A DNA stretch of 64,000 bases from an uncultured bacterium (GCA_963720265.1 CAVRET010000001.1:389916-453915), one strand, 5' to 3'. Numbered from the stretch's first letter, positions 18,225 through 31,373 are shown. Program-made: numbers and translations. The notes: generated by a model not told the origin, from the sequence alone.

Positions 18225-18788
18225 ATGCCTCTACCAAGGAGATACTTCGTGGAGAGCCCGCAGCCTAAAGAGAAAAACTGGTTTCAGCGCCATCCGGTAT
18301 GGACTGTCGTTTTGGCACTCCTGGCCGTATTTATGATCGTGGGAGCTGCCAGTAACAACTCGCAAAGTACCAACACGGCCTCGTCGTCAACTCCAACACC
18401 AACCCCGGCCCCGGCTGTAAGTTCGACGACCCAACAGGTAGATGCTTGGTTTACCAAGTACGGTGAACCAGTAAGTAGCATTCTTGCCACTGATCTGGGC
18501 AAGCTACGGTCGGATGCCAACAACGAAAACATGGCTGCTTCGTCCAATGACTGCCAGCAAGTTGAGACTGAAGTCACAATCGCCCAGTCGGACCCGGCAA
18601 TTCCAGATAGTTCCATGGAGAAGAACTGGAGCACGGGTCTGGCCTCATGGGAGTCGGGTGCCCAAGATTGTGTATCGGGCGTAGCCGGTATGGATACTGG
18701 CCTAATTACGCAAGGCGGAAGCGAAATGCAGCAGGGCACCACGGCTATAGAGGCCGTGGCGGCGGAAATAAAGCAGCTTAATCAGTAA
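18225..18788 (+). CDS. membrane-anchored secreted protein, hypothetical
   Basis: 187 aa; N-terminal TM helix VWTVVLALLAVFMIVGAA, then a Ser/Thr/Pro linker and a soluble domain. Confidence 0.5.
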   Translation: MPLPRRYFVESPQPKEKNWFQRHPVWTVVLALLAVFMIVGAASNNSQSTNTASSSTPTPTPAPAVSSTTQQVDAWFTKYGEPVSSILATDLGKLRSDANNENMAASSNDCQQVETEVTIAQSDPAIPDSSMEKNWSTGLASWESGAQDCVSGVAGMDTGLITQGGSEMQQGTTAIEAVAAEIKQLNQ

Positions 18789-18792
18789 TGCC

Positions 18793-19770
18793 TGGTATTA
18801 TCACTGTAGAATCAAGGAGCCTTGCAATGAATGACGATAAAGACGCGCCAATCGACGAACGCCGCTTTCGGACGACGCTTGACCGCGCTATTCTAGCGTC
18901 CGATCAACCACAGCGTAAAACAGAGGACGGACATCGTGACGATGAGAGTAGCGAAACGCGAACTCATCAACGTAATGCTGTAGATGCTGTGGACTCACAT
19001 GATGGTACGTCCCCGACAGAGAGCGCTTCAACTGACCCCAAAAACCCTCAATAGTATTTGTGGTGACATTGCCACGCGCATACTCGCGGGCAGCGTGGTT
19101 AACTGATTGATGCAGTCTGAGCCGCGAGACATGGTCGTAAATTCGTGAGGTATCGGTATGAAGCTCGGCTTCGGCCGCTACGTTGGCGTTAATGAAATTG
19201 CGAGCGTTACTGACGCTGGCCGTGTTTACGGCGTTAGCTTTCACGGAACCGCCGCGCTCGACCAAGCCGAGCACCGGAGTCTTAGAGTTAAAACGCTCGT
19301 CAAACTTGTGCTTGCCGCCGATGTAGGTTTCATCAGCCTCGACAATTCCGGATAACACGCCGCCCTCGTCGGTCATTACCTTGCGGATTTGGCGGGCAAT
19401 TCTCCACGCGCACTTATATGTCATTCCGAAGTGCCGTTGCAGCTCCAGGGCCGCTACACCGTTCTTAGCGTTGGTCATGAGCAAGATGCAGTAAAACCAT
19501 GTCCGAAGCGGTGTCTCGGACTTGTGAAAGATAGTTCCAGCAGTTGGGGAAACTTGCTTGCCGCAAACTGAGCAGGCATAGCATTTGCGAGCACGAACGC
19601 GATAGAAGCCGTTAACCTTACCACACTTCGGGCAAGGCTTATCCGCAAACTTCAATTTGAACATATACTCTAAGCAAGCATTGTCGTCGGGGAACTCGCG
19701 TTCAAAATCTCGAATAGTCATACTTTAATACTAATCCAGATATTACTTGATGTCAAGGTATAATTACCAT
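18793..19770 (-). mobile_element. IS1595-family (ISXO2-like) insertion sequence, approximate bounds
   Basis: Transposase ORF plus imperfect terminal inverted repeats GGTATTATCACTGTAGAATCAAGG (left) and CTTGACATCAAG...GGTAATTATACC (right, reverse complement). Ends are approximate. Inserted immediately 3' of the ATP-grasp gene stop. Confidence 0.55.
18888..19721 (-). CDS. IS1595 family transposase (ISXO2-like; N-terminal zinc ribbon + DDE domain)
   Basis: 277 aa; MTIRDFEREFPDDNACLEYMFKLKF..CPKCG...CSVCGK zinc ribbon; ...ETYIGGK...HTDTSRIYD...NTIEGFWGQLKR typical of IS1595. Confidence 0.88.
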   Translation of the reverse strand: MTIRDFEREFPDDNACLEYMFKLKFADKPCPKCGKVNGFYRVRARKCYACSVCGKQVSPTAGTIFHKSETPLRTWFYCILLMTNAKNGVAALELQRHFGMTYKCAWRIARQIRKVMTDEGGVLSGIVEADETYIGGKHKFDERFNSKTPVLGLVERGGSVKANAVNTASVSNARNFINANVAAEAELHTDTSRIYDHVSRLRLHQSVNHAAREYARGNVTTNTIEGFWGQLKRSLSGTYHHVSPQHLQHYVDEFAFRYSHRHDVRPLFYAVVDRTLE

Positions 19771-19774
19771 ATGG

Positions 19775-21094
19775 CTAGACCGTGAGCCGCGATTGGTAGC
19801 GTTCTTGGCCGGCCGTGAGCGGCTCGGTGTCGATTTCGACAGCGCGCTCGATGGCGCGGATGTCGTCACGGAGCTGGGTGCGATTTGGGTTGAACAGCAC
19901 AACCTCAAGAACATGGTTGCCGCCGTGCTTGGCAAACCGGCAGAGGTCGCCTGGGTGTTTGAAGACCTGAAGGCGCTCGATGGACGGTAGCTTGCGGATG
20001 GTGCGCAGGCCGTCGATGTGCCTGAGTCGACCTTCGTGGCGGGGATAGAATTGCAAAAAGGCCGAATAGCCGAGCGGCTCGGTTGGAATAACCGGTTCTT
20101 CGCCCATGCGCACGAGCAGGTCGTTTAAGGCGTGGTTGATGCCAAAGGCTTTGGAGTACATTTCGTGCCGGAAGCCGCCGATGCGCGGACCGAGCTCAAT
20201 GATTTTCCAGCCGTCGGTGGTGAGCATGAGTTCAACGTGACAGGTGCAGCTGCGCAGGCCCAAGGCTTTGACCGCAGCGTCGGCCGCGGCTTCCGCACCC
20301 TTAATTTGCTCGAGTGTAAGTTGAGACGGCGTGGCACGCATATAACCAAAGACGTCTTCATAGCCGATGTCGCGGCCGGTTTTGCCGTAGACCGGCGGCG
20401 CAAACCAGATCCGGCCGCCTGTCCCAACGTAAACGTCCATGGAGAAGTAGATACCGCCGTCCATAAAACGCTCAACAATTACCTCCGGCTGACGCCCCTG
20501 GCCCGCGCCATAGCGAGGCGCGATATGCTGCATTACCTGCCTCAGTGCGGCTTCAAACTCGTCGTGGTCTTCACACACACTAATGAGCAAGCTGGAAGTG
20601 AGGCCGGATGGCTTGACGATCAGCGGATAGCCAATTTCATGCTCAATTCGCTGGACGGTGGCCGGCGTGGCATCCCTCGCAATTGTGAATTTTGGTGATA
20701 GCTTGGGGTCGTAGGCGTCAAATTGAGCTCGCATTTTGGTCTTTTCCGTGGCCCACTCAAGCGTTTCAGGCAGCGGCAGTGTGAGGTGCGGAAGGTGCGT
20801 CGCCAAATGCTTAAAATACGCGGCGCTGGCGTCATCCTTGCAGGTGACGACCAGAATGTCGTCAGCGTACGGCCGGATGGCATTAGCCAGCGCATCAAGG
20901 TCGTCGAAGTCGATTTCTAGCCGCACTAAACCGTGCAACTCATCGGCGCCGGAGGGATCTTCGGTATGTTGATTGCGCAAAAGGATCGGTCGTAAGGGCC
21001 GGCCTAGCATGTCTTGGAGCCGTTCGAAGGCTTGCGGCTGCTCCGGGGCAATGCTGTTAACAAACAGGACACTGCTACGAACAGGGGTATTCAT
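19775..21094 (-). CDS. ATP-grasp domain protein (carboxylate-amine/peptide ligase-like)
   Basis: 439 aa; YPLIVKPSGLTSSLLISVCEDHDEFE...VIVERFMDGGIYFSMDVYV...CHVELMLTTDGWKIIELGPRIGG are ATP-grasp core motifs; about 150-aa N-terminal pre-domain. Confidence 0.8.
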   Translation of the reverse strand: MNTPVRSSVLFVNSIAPEQPQAFERLQDMLGRPLRPILLRNQHTEDPSGADELHGLVRLEIDFDDLDALANAIRPYADDILVVTCKDDASAAYFKHLATHLPHLTLPLPETLEWATEKTKMRAQFDAYDPKLSPKFTIARDATPATVQRIEHEIGYPLIVKPSGLTSSLLISVCEDHDEFEAALRQVMQHIAPRYGAGQGRQPEVIVERFMDGGIYFSMDVYVGTGGRIWFAPPVYGKTGRDIGYEDVFGYMRATPSQLTLEQIKGAEAAADAAVKALGLRSCTCHVELMLTTDGWKIIELGPRIGGFRHEMYSKAFGINHALNDLLVRMGEEPVIPTEPLGYSAFLQFYPRHEGRLRHIDGLRTIRKLPSIERLQVFKHPGDLCRFAKHGGNHVLEVVLFNPNRTQLRDDIRAIERAVEIDTEPLTAGQERYQSRLTV

Positions 21095-21274
21095 GTATGT
21101 TTCGATATCTAATCTTTCTCACTAGGTGTGACAAACGTTCCCATTATGGTCCTGCCACCAACTGATATCAAGAGGTTGACAGTGCATAACTTGTCATTTC
21201 GCTTTAGAACGTTGCGAGCCCCGATCGGCGCAGGCTCGCTACGCGGATCAGGGCTCCTTTGATGTCGGGCGGGG

Positions 21275-21889
21275 TTAGCCGTGTTTTTTGCTCGTGCGGT
21301 TGCGCAGGATTATCACTGCCAGCGCGGCGACGACTGTGGCGATGATCCAGCCGATCAGGTCCAGGAACGTCAGCGCGAGCGCCGCCGGGTAGCCGGCCAT
21401 TAGCGCCAGCCTGACGATGTAGCAAGCGGCCGGGTGATACGCCAGGTTGCGTCCGCTGCGGGCGTACCCGAAAATGCTGGTCACCACCAGCGTAAGACTT
21501 ATCACGAGTAGGGCCGAGCGTGTATTGGGCACGGCATACCCTGCTGTCGTCAGGATAAGGTACAGCGCCACGGCATACGCGCGCTGCCGGAACAAGGCCC
21601 GGCCCTTGTCGTCTAGTACTCGGCCGTACGGCTTCGCCTGCGCCCAGACATTTGCGCAGTCGCGCGCACCCATCGTGTACAGGAATAGCGGCGCGCTGAG
21701 CAGTATGCAGGCCCAGGAGAACAGCTCGGTGTCCAAGCTGTATGTGCGCGAGGCGAGCCTGACGACCATGCCGACCGTGAACAGTGTCACGCCCGCGATG
21801 GCGGTTGTCAGCCTTACCGGCCATCCGACCGGGACTATGCCTAGCGGTAGGCTACGGCTCGTTCTGGGCGGCGAATGGTGAATTGTCAT
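21275..21889 (-). CDS. polytopic membrane protein, hypothetical
   Basis: ORF 21275..21991; start MTIHHSPPR preferred because the upstream part is AT-rich; 5-6 hydrophobic helices. Confidence 0.5.
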   Translation of the reverse strand: MTIHHSPPRTSRSLPLGIVPVGWPVRLTTAIAGVTLFTVGMVVRLASRTYSLDTELFSWACILLSAPLFLYTMGARDCANVWAQAKPYGRVLDDKGRALFRQRAYAVALYLILTTAGYAVPNTRSALLVISLTLVVTSIFGYARSGRNLAYHPAACYIVRLALMAGYPAALALTFLDLIGWIIATVVAALAVIILRNRTSKKHG

Positions 21890-22020
21890 GCTCCGCTGCT
21901 TTCTTTGCAGGCGACACAAGGCCGCAGAGTGATCGAAAGAACTAAACTTGATAAATATAGCGTAATATGTCATTAAATACAACTTATTCAACTTCGGTTG
22001 CTTGTTAAAAATGACATACC

Positions 22021-22043
22021 AAAAAACGGCCCTGGAGGCCGTT
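22021..22043 (-). terminator. rho-independent terminator downstream of tuf
   Basis: Minus strand reads AACGGCC tccag GGCCGTT tttt (7-bp stem, then U-tract), 28 nt after the tuf stop. Confidence 0.6.
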
Positions 22044-22071
22044 TCTTGGCAGTTTGCAGTTTTAAGGCTGT

Positions 22072-23257
<1,186 letters not shown>

Positions 23258-23374
23258 AAGTTGGACTCCTTAAAAATTTTTTTAGACATTAAAAAATAGT
23301 GCCTGACCGCCCAGAGACTAAGCTATTATAGGCAGCCGAAGGGTAAATTGTAAAGGCCTAAGCCTATACAACAG

Positions 23375-23917
23375 CTACTTGATGTGGCCGAGATGAAGGC
23401 CGGCCAGCAGTACGGCAGCGACAGTGGCGCTTTGATTTATCTCGCCGGCTGCGATCATCTTTTTGAGCTGGGTCCAGGTAAAGGCCTGGGTCTTGTTAAT
23501 AACATCGTCGGCTGGTGCGACCTCTTTAGCTCGGTGTAAGCTCTTGGCCACAAACGTGATAATGCGCATGGGCGCGAGCGAAATGAGCGGATATTGCTCG
23601 GCCGGCAGCTGTTCCCAGTTATCGGCGTGTAAACCGGCCTCTTCCGCAAGTTCGCGTTTGGCAGCAGTAAGTTCGTCGTCGGTGTCGGCGCTGCCGGCCG
23701 GGAGTTCCCATGAATCCTGGCCGATGGTGTAGCGGTTTTGACGCACGAGCAGCACTTTGCCGTGCTGATCGACGGCGACCACCATAACGGCCGGTGGCGT
23801 TTCGATCCAGCCGTAAGTGGTTGGCACACCGTCGGGCCGGATGACGCTATCCTCGTGAACCGTGATGTGCGTGTTTTGGTAGACAATTTTCGTGCTGAGG
23901 CGCTGCCATTGGCTCAT
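23375..23917 (-). CDS. NUDIX hydrolase (ADP-ribose pyrophosphatase-like)
   Basis: 180 aa; Nudix box ELPAGSADTDDELTAAKRELAEEAGL. Confidence 0.8.
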   Translation of the reverse strand: MSQWQRLSTKIVYQNTHITVHEDSVIRPDGVPTTYGWIETPPAVMVVAVDQHGKVLLVRQNRYTIGQDSWELPAGSADTDDELTAAKRELAEEAGLHADNWEQLPAEQYPLISLAPMRIITFVAKSLHRAKEVAPADDVINKTQAFTWTQLKKMIAAGEINQSATVAAVLLAGLHLGHIK

Positions 23918-23950
23918 GGGAGATTCCCGTTATGCCTTCATTATAGCGCG

Positions 23951-26043
<2,093 letters not shown>

Positions 26044-26180
26044 AGTGGTTCGTGATTGTCCTTACATTAAAGATTATGAGTGCGCAATAAAAAAGCGCGC
26101 AGGGCGTTTGGTTGTATTTATATTACCGGTTTAAGGCAGCAATTGCAAGCTTCGTAAGCTAGCGCGCGGGTTTACAAATC

Positions 26181-26209
26181 TTGACATGAAATATATTTCT
26201 AAGTATAAT
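26181..26209 (+). promoter_or_regulatory. perfect-consensus sigma70 promoter (TTGACA, 17 nt, TATAAT)
   Basis: TTGACA 26181-26186; 17-nt spacer; TATAAT 26204-26209; 38 nt upstream of the 26248 start codon. Confidence 0.6.
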
Positions 26210-26247
26210 ATTACTTTAGTTCGTACTCAGACAACACGGGAGGCCTG

Positions 26248-26832
26248 ATGGCCGGAAATCCTTCGCAAGCCAGGATAACGATTCCTGGGCCAAGCGTAAC
26301 CACACCTCGGCTGCGGGACCGGCCGGAGCTCTACACGGTCATTGTCTTCGCGGCACTTGCGTGTATCGGAATCGCCGCATGGATCGCGGCGGCGGTTTCG
26401 CATCCGTTCGCGATTCACACGTACGCAGGACCCGGGACAATACCTTGGCCCGTCGCACTCGCGCCCGGCGCTCTCGGCGGCTGCATCGCTGGCTATTTTG
26501 TGAAGCTGTGGCTGTGGCGAATCGAGGCCAAGCAGCCCTACCTGGCTCGCGAGATAGAGATTCAGGGCACTGGTTTGCCATTGGAGAAAGTCATGTCAGA
26601 CACCACCTCGACGGGCCAGTACTGGCTCGTCGAGGTGAAGACCGACGATCGCTACGCGTCGTTCAGGGTCGCTGCTACGGACGTTGCGGGGATTCCGGAC
26701 AGGAGTGACCGGGTGACCTTCGGTCTGGTTCAATCCAAACTGTGGCGCCGTGACAGACGCGGCTGTGGCCGGATTGCGTGTGGCGGCAAGGTTAGGTTTC
26801 TCTTGCCTTCGTCACCGCGTACCGTCATCTAG
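26248..26832 (+). CDS. membrane protein, possibly YdbS-like bacterial PH (DUF304) type
   Basis: 194 aa; two N-terminal TM helices followed by a roughly 100-aa soluble domain; the family call is tentative. Confidence 0.45.
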   Translation: MAGNPSQARITIPGPSVTTPRLRDRPELYTVIVFAALACIGIAAWIAAAVSHPFAIHTYAGPGTIPWPVALAPGALGGCIAGYFVKLWLWRIEAKQPYLAREIEIQGTGLPLEKVMSDTTSTGQYWLVEVKTDDRYASFRVAATDVAGIPDRSDRVTFGLVQSKLWRRDRRGCGRIACGGKVRFLLPSSPRTVI

Positions 26833-26927
26833 CCGGCTGCGCCCGACCGCTTCGGTTCAACTTGTCTCGCTGCTGCTACGCAAGCCTCGTGCCAGTAGGG
26901 GTGGCGAGGCTTCGTAGTTTAGGGGTG

Positions 26928-28328
26928 TTATTTTAAGACACCGGTCAGTTCGCCGACCAGATTGTTGTAACCGGAGACCGTCATGCAAACAATGACGTCG
27001 CCGGCTTCGACGTTGGTTGTTAGCTCGCTGACGAGCTTGTCGCGATCTGGTTCGTAGTGGGCCAGGACGGGCAGGCCGCTTACAATGTCTTGGCCGGATA
27101 CTTCCTGCTTTGCTCCGGCTTCGCGTGCCCCCTCGATTGAAGTAATAAAGACGAGGCCGGCGGCACTGAACGCCTGGTGGTACTGATCTAACAGGGCGGC
27201 CGTACGCGAGTAGGTATGTGGGCGGAAGACGGCAACGATGCGGCGGCCGGCAAAGTGGAGCCTGGCGGCTTCGAGTGTGGCCGCAACCTCGGTGGGGTGG
27301 TGGGCATAATCATCGATGATGGTGATAGGCGCCTCGCGCGGGGTTGCAATCGTGAAGCGACGGTAGGTGCCCTTGAACGAAGTGGCACCGGCGGCGATTT
27401 GCTCGAAGCTGAGGCCTTCGCTGCTGGCTGCGGCTACGGCCGCCAAGGTATTTGCTACGTTGTGTCGGCCATAGAGTTCAATTGTAAGCCGGCCAAGGTC
27501 GTGGCCGTGATGCATGACGTTAAATTCGAGGCCGCCCGGCTGAAAGGCGGCAGCGGCAGCAGTATAGTCCGGTATGATATCGGCTGTATGCAGGCCGTAG
27601 GTGGTAACCGGACAGCGAGCGGCGTTGGCTGCACCCATCACATTGATTGAATCGGCACAGACGATGAGGCGGCCGTTTTCCGGCACGGCCCGGACAATTT
27701 GGCCAAAGCGTTGCTGAACGCTCTGTAGATCGGGAAAGAAATCGGGGTGGTCATGATCGATCGCGGTTAGCACCAGCACGTCCGGGTGATGGTATTGAAC
27801 TTTGGACTTGGTCTCGAGTTGCGAGGCCCGGTACTCATCGCCTTCAGCAATGGCAATTTTGCTTCCGGCGAGCCGGACACTGGTATCAAAGTTGTACGGC
27901 TGCACGCCGATTAGAAAGTCGGGCCGTCGCCCGGCCGATTCGAGTAGCCAGGTTAGGAGCGCCGAAGTAGTGGTTTTACCGTGCGTGCCGGAAACATCGA
28001 TCACGCGCTCGTGGGCCGTGAGTTCGCCCCACAGTTGGGCGTATGACTTAATCTCAATGCGGTGTTTTCTGGCCTCGATTATGGCGGGGTAATCGTCGGT
28101 GGCGAAAGCGCCGGTAACAATGACGGCGGTTACGCCGTCAAGCTGCTTGGGCTCAAATTCGCGCCACCAGGTAAAGCCGTGCTCGTCAACCCAGGTACTG
28201 CCCGGTGGCTCAGCCGGTTCGTCGAGACCGGTTACCGTGTAGCCGAGTTCGCGCGCAGCTAGTGCCAGTCCGCGCATGGTATGCCCGGTGATGCCAATGA
28301 GATAGAGATGCCCCAGTGCCGTTCTCAT
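26928..28328 (-). CDS. Mur ligase family protein (MurC/Mpl-like UDP-N-acetylmuramate-peptide ligase)
   Basis: 466 aa; N-terminal IGITGHTMRGLALAARELGYTVTG (Mur ligase catalytic N-domain); central SGTHGKTTTSALL P-loop; C-terminal Mur ligase domain. Confidence 0.8.
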   Translation of the reverse strand: MRTALGHLYLIGITGHTMRGLALAARELGYTVTGLDEPAEPPGSTWVDEHGFTWWREFEPKQLDGVTAVIVTGAFATDDYPAIIEARKHRIEIKSYAQLWGELTAHERVIDVSGTHGKTTTSALLTWLLESAGRRPDFLIGVQPYNFDTSVRLAGSKIAIAEGDEYRASQLETKSKVQYHHPDVLVLTAIDHDHPDFFPDLQSVQQRFGQIVRAVPENGRLIVCADSINVMGAANAARCPVTTYGLHTADIIPDYTAAAAAFQPGGLEFNVMHHGHDLGRLTIELYGRHNVANTLAAVAAASSEGLSFEQIAAGATSFKGTYRRFTIATPREAPITIIDDYAHHPTEVAATLEAARLHFAGRRIVAVFRPHTYSRTAALLDQYHQAFSAAGLVFITSIEGAREAGAKQEVSGQDIVSGLPVLAHYEPDRDKLVSELTTNVEAGDVIVCMTVSGYNNLVGELTGVLK

Positions 28329-28332
28329 GCGT

Positions 28333-30006
28333 TCATCTTAGCATGGGTGTTTTCCCGGCGATCTCGATGGTGTCGCCGCCAACACTTTCGGCAAAGTAAG
28401 AATCATGCGACACATAGAGGATGGCGCCGGTGTAGCGACCGAGGGCTTTTTCAAGCTCTTCAATACTCGGCAGATCGAGATGGTTGGTGGGCTCGTCGAG
28501 AATGAGCAGATTGGGTTCTGAGCTCAGCATCGCGATGAGCTGGAAGCGGGCTTTTTGGCCGCCGGACAAGCGCTCTATGTCGAGCCGGCCATCTTCACGT
28601 GGATCAAACAGGTAGTCGGCCAGAATTTGGCGTACCCGCTGGTCGTTGATTTCAAGCCCGCGATCGTGATAGACCCGGGTGATAGCAAGTGCTAGCGGAA
28701 GTTTCAGGAAATGTGGTGCGATTTCTTGTTCATAGACGCCGATACTGGTTTTTGGATCGATAGTGACAGTGCCGGTAAAAACCGTTGAGTCGGGCTTCTC
28801 ACTGGCAGCTGTGGCCAAAATGGTTTTTACCAGGGTCGATTTGCCGGCGCCGTTGCGGCCGTGCAGGCGTAATCGCTCCCCTACTGCCAGGTCAAAGCTC
28901 AGTTTTTCAAATAACGGCTGGTCGTAGCCGAGCGACAAATCGTTGATCGCTAGCAATCGCCGCTGGCGGTGCTCAGCCCCGGTGCGGAGGCGAATGTTTC
29001 GAGCTTTGTACTTGTCGTATTTCTCGACAACCCGGTCCTGCATCGTGCTAATCGTCTCCTGGTCGATCCAGAAATCCGGGCGCTTAAGGTTTATAAGCAA
29101 CTCGTCGCGTTCTTTTGTGAGACGACGCTCGAGTAGCATAAAGGGATTGGTTTTGTCGGCTGTGCCGCTCCAACCGGCCTTTTTGGCTTTGGCCTCGCGG
29201 ATTTGTTTTTCAAGTTTCACGATGCGCTTTTGGCCCTGTTCGTAGGTAGAGATGTCCTTGGCCGTGGCGTCGCCGTTTTGCTTGAGGTAGGCTTCGTAAT
29301 TGCCGGTAAAGCTAACCAGGCCGCGGCTTTTGAGCTCGACAATACGGTCGACCACACGCAAAACGTCGCGATCATGCGTGATGACGACTACCGTTTGGCT
29401 AGCAGCCTCAAGCCAAGCGATGAAGGCGGCCTTGGCAACGTAGTCCATGTGGTTGGTCGGCTCGTCGATGAGGGCGAGATCGGCGTTTGAGAGTGTTACT
29501 TTCACCAGTTCGACAAAACGCTTCTGGCCGCCGGATAACCGACCCAGCGGAGCATCGAGTAGATCGGTCGGAATCTGAAAGGCTTCCAACTCAGCCCGGG
29601 CGCGCTGCTCAATATCGTAGTAGCCGAGTTCGCCAAAGCGCGTCAGTGCATCGGAATAGACGGCGATTTTAGCTAGATCGTCGCCCATGCTTTGCGGATA
29701 GGTTTCGATAATATGATGCAAATTGGCGTATTCCGGCAGGGCAGCCAGCACATATTCGAGCACCGGCACGTCCATAACGCCGTGATGCTCCTGGGCGGTA
29801 GAAGCTACCACTAGCCCGCGCCGTCGCTCAAGTTGGCCCGTAAAATCGGTGTCAAGGCCTGCAATGAGGCCGAGCAATGTGGTCTTACCCAAGCCGTTGC
29901 GACCGATGAGGCCAATTTTTTCGCCCGACTGAATGGTAATGCTCAGATCGCCGTACAGCTGTTTGGCGCCGATGGATTTGGCGATGTGATGGAGATTAAT
30001 TAGCAC
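28333..30006 (-). CDS. ABC-F family ATPase (tandem ABC domains, no TMD; EttA/Uup-like)
   Basis: 557 aa; two Walker A motifs (GRNGLGKTT, GRNGAGKST), two LSGGQK signatures, and an inter-domain linker. Confidence 0.88.
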   Translation of the reverse strand: MLINLHHIAKSIGAKQLYGDLSITIQSGEKIGLIGRNGLGKTTLLGLIAGLDTDFTGQLERRRGLVVASTAQEHHGVMDVPVLEYVLAALPEYANLHHIIETYPQSMGDDLAKIAVYSDALTRFGELGYYDIEQRARAELEAFQIPTDLLDAPLGRLSGGQKRFVELVKVTLSNADLALIDEPTNHMDYVAKAAFIAWLEAASQTVVVITHDRDVLRVVDRIVELKSRGLVSFTGNYEAYLKQNGDATAKDISTYEQGQKRIVKLEKQIREAKAKKAGWSGTADKTNPFMLLERRLTKERDELLINLKRPDFWIDQETISTMQDRVVEKYDKYKARNIRLRTGAEHRQRRLLAINDLSLGYDQPLFEKLSFDLAVGERLRLHGRNGAGKSTLVKTILATAASEKPDSTVFTGTVTIDPKTSIGVYEQEIAPHFLKLPLALAITRVYHDRGLEINDQRVRQILADYLFDPREDGRLDIERLSGGQKARFQLIAMLSSEPNLLILDEPTNHLDLPSIEELEKALGRYTGAILYVSHDSYFAESVGGDTIEIAGKTPMLR

Positions 30007-30079
30007 GATGTTCTCATATTACATGACGACGCCCCGGGCGGCTCACCCACATGTTCGGGTGGCCGCCGGGACGCAAACG

Positions 30080-30847
30080 TCAGAGCCGGAGGATTTGGAA
30101 GAACTCGACGGCGTCCGCCATGCCGTGGGCGTAGACGACGAACTGTTCGATATCTTCCTCATCATCCCCTGGTTGATCCGCACTGGTGAGAGCTTCGTAA
30201 CACTCCCTCATGATTACGTGTGTTACCTCAGCATCGAGCAGCCTCGCGAGCTCAACGACCGCTGCTTCGGTGTCATAGAGCATGGCCGTGGCTGCACTTG
30301 TAAAGATAAGGTGGCAGAGCGCGATACCGTAAGTGGTCGAGTCAGGACCGCTACTCAGTTTTTCCACCGCGCCCGTGAAATGCCCATGGGCTTCACGCAC
30401 TTTGCCGTTACTTAGGCTGAGGCGCCCGTCAACGAGCTCGGCCAGCCCGACCATGGACTGTTCCGCAGCGATGACGCGCAGGTACTCGATTTGACGTGCG
30501 GCGCTGCTTCGGTCTGTGTGACGGAGCAGGTCAGCCAGGATAGCCACGGTTCGCGCGTACAGTAGCCTGTCGGCGGTGTCGGCCAGTGGCAGCGCATCGC
30601 GGACGCCGTCCAGGGCTTCTGCGAGGTTGCCCCGAGATAGTATCGCGCATTTGGCTTGCGCGATAAACGTCTCTGCCTCGGCCAGGTCTCTCAGCTCCGG
30701 CCTAGGCTCCTTGGCAGTGGCCAGGTGGATGTCTGCGATGATGCTTGTGACCTCTCCGCCGATTGTTCCTTGTGACATCAGAACGCGGAGCCGCTCCAGC
30801 AGATCGCTGAGAGACGGTTTGGATTCGGGCATGAGGAACTCCCTCAC
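30080..30847 (-). CDS. hypothetical helical protein
   Basis: 255-aa ORF; Ala/Leu-rich; no recognised domain. Confidence 0.45.
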   Translation of the reverse strand: MREFLMPESKPSLSDLLERLRVLMSQGTIGGEVTSIIADIHLATAKEPRPELRDLAEAETFIAQAKCAILSRGNLAEALDGVRDALPLADTADRLLYARTVAILADLLRHTDRSSAARQIEYLRVIAAEQSMVGLAELVDGRLSLSNGKVREAHGHFTGAVEKLSSGPDSTTYGIALCHLIFTSAATAMLYDTEAAVVELARLLDAEVTHVIMRECYEALTSADQPGDDEEDIEQFVVYAHGMADAVEFFQILRL

Positions 30848-30921
30848 GGGATCGTTGGAACAGGATAGAACACTGACGTTCGGTCAGCTACTGTACGTCA
30901 AAATGTTTGAATTAGCAATGC

Positions 30922-31350
30922 CTAGGCTTCAAAATCCCACAGGGACAAGCCGATTTGATCGTTGGGCATTTTGCGATAGCGAGTGGGATAGCCTTCGATG
31001 ATAAGCTCGAGCGTAGCTGAGCACTCCCCTTTTACCAGATGACCGGCAAAAGCTGCGAAATCCGGACCGGCAACCGTGACGTGCAGATGCGCAAAAGCCT
31101 GGTTACTTTGGAGCGCAACATTACCCATGAGGTTCGTGACCTCGTAGATACCTCTAAACTGGCTATGGGTAAAATGTTTGGTTTTCATTGAGTAGTGAGC
31201 CAGAGTTGGCGACTCAATCGAGCCGATGCCACTGACGCTCGCGTTCACGAGGTTGTGTTCAGCGCAAAAATTTTGGATGGCAGTGTGGATGTCGTCGCCG
31301 GGCTCAAGCCGCAAGACAAAGGCGTGATCGCCTAGAGTCGCAGATTTCAT
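30922..31350 (-). CDS. PPC (DUF296) domain protein
   Basis: 142 aa; FVLRLEPGDDIHTAIQNFCAEHN...GIGSIESPTL...GNVAL...HLHVTVAGPD pattern of the PCC/DUF296 domain. Confidence 0.65.
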   Translation of the reverse strand: MKSATLGDHAFVLRLEPGDDIHTAIQNFCAEHNLVNASVSGIGSIESPTLAHYSMKTKHFTHSQFRGIYEVTNLMGNVALQSNQAFAHLHVTVAGPDFAAFAGHLVKGECSATLELIIEGYPTRYRKMPNDQIGLSLWDFEA

Positions 31351-31373
31351 GGCTTACAGCATACCAAAAAAGG

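Noticed and set aside
18788-19054. 88-aa plus-strand ORF inside the IS1595 element
   Set aside because: It is antisense to the transposase C-terminus and has no support.
17433-21094. Interpretation as a canonical Anbu operon (Anbu + transglutaminase + circularly permuted ATP-grasp + Alpha-E)
   Set aside because: The ATP-grasp here has the normal, non-permuted motif order. No transglutaminase or Alpha-E gene is present, and an IS separates the genes. Only the looser statement, a proteasome-like gene near an ATP-grasp ligase, is reported.
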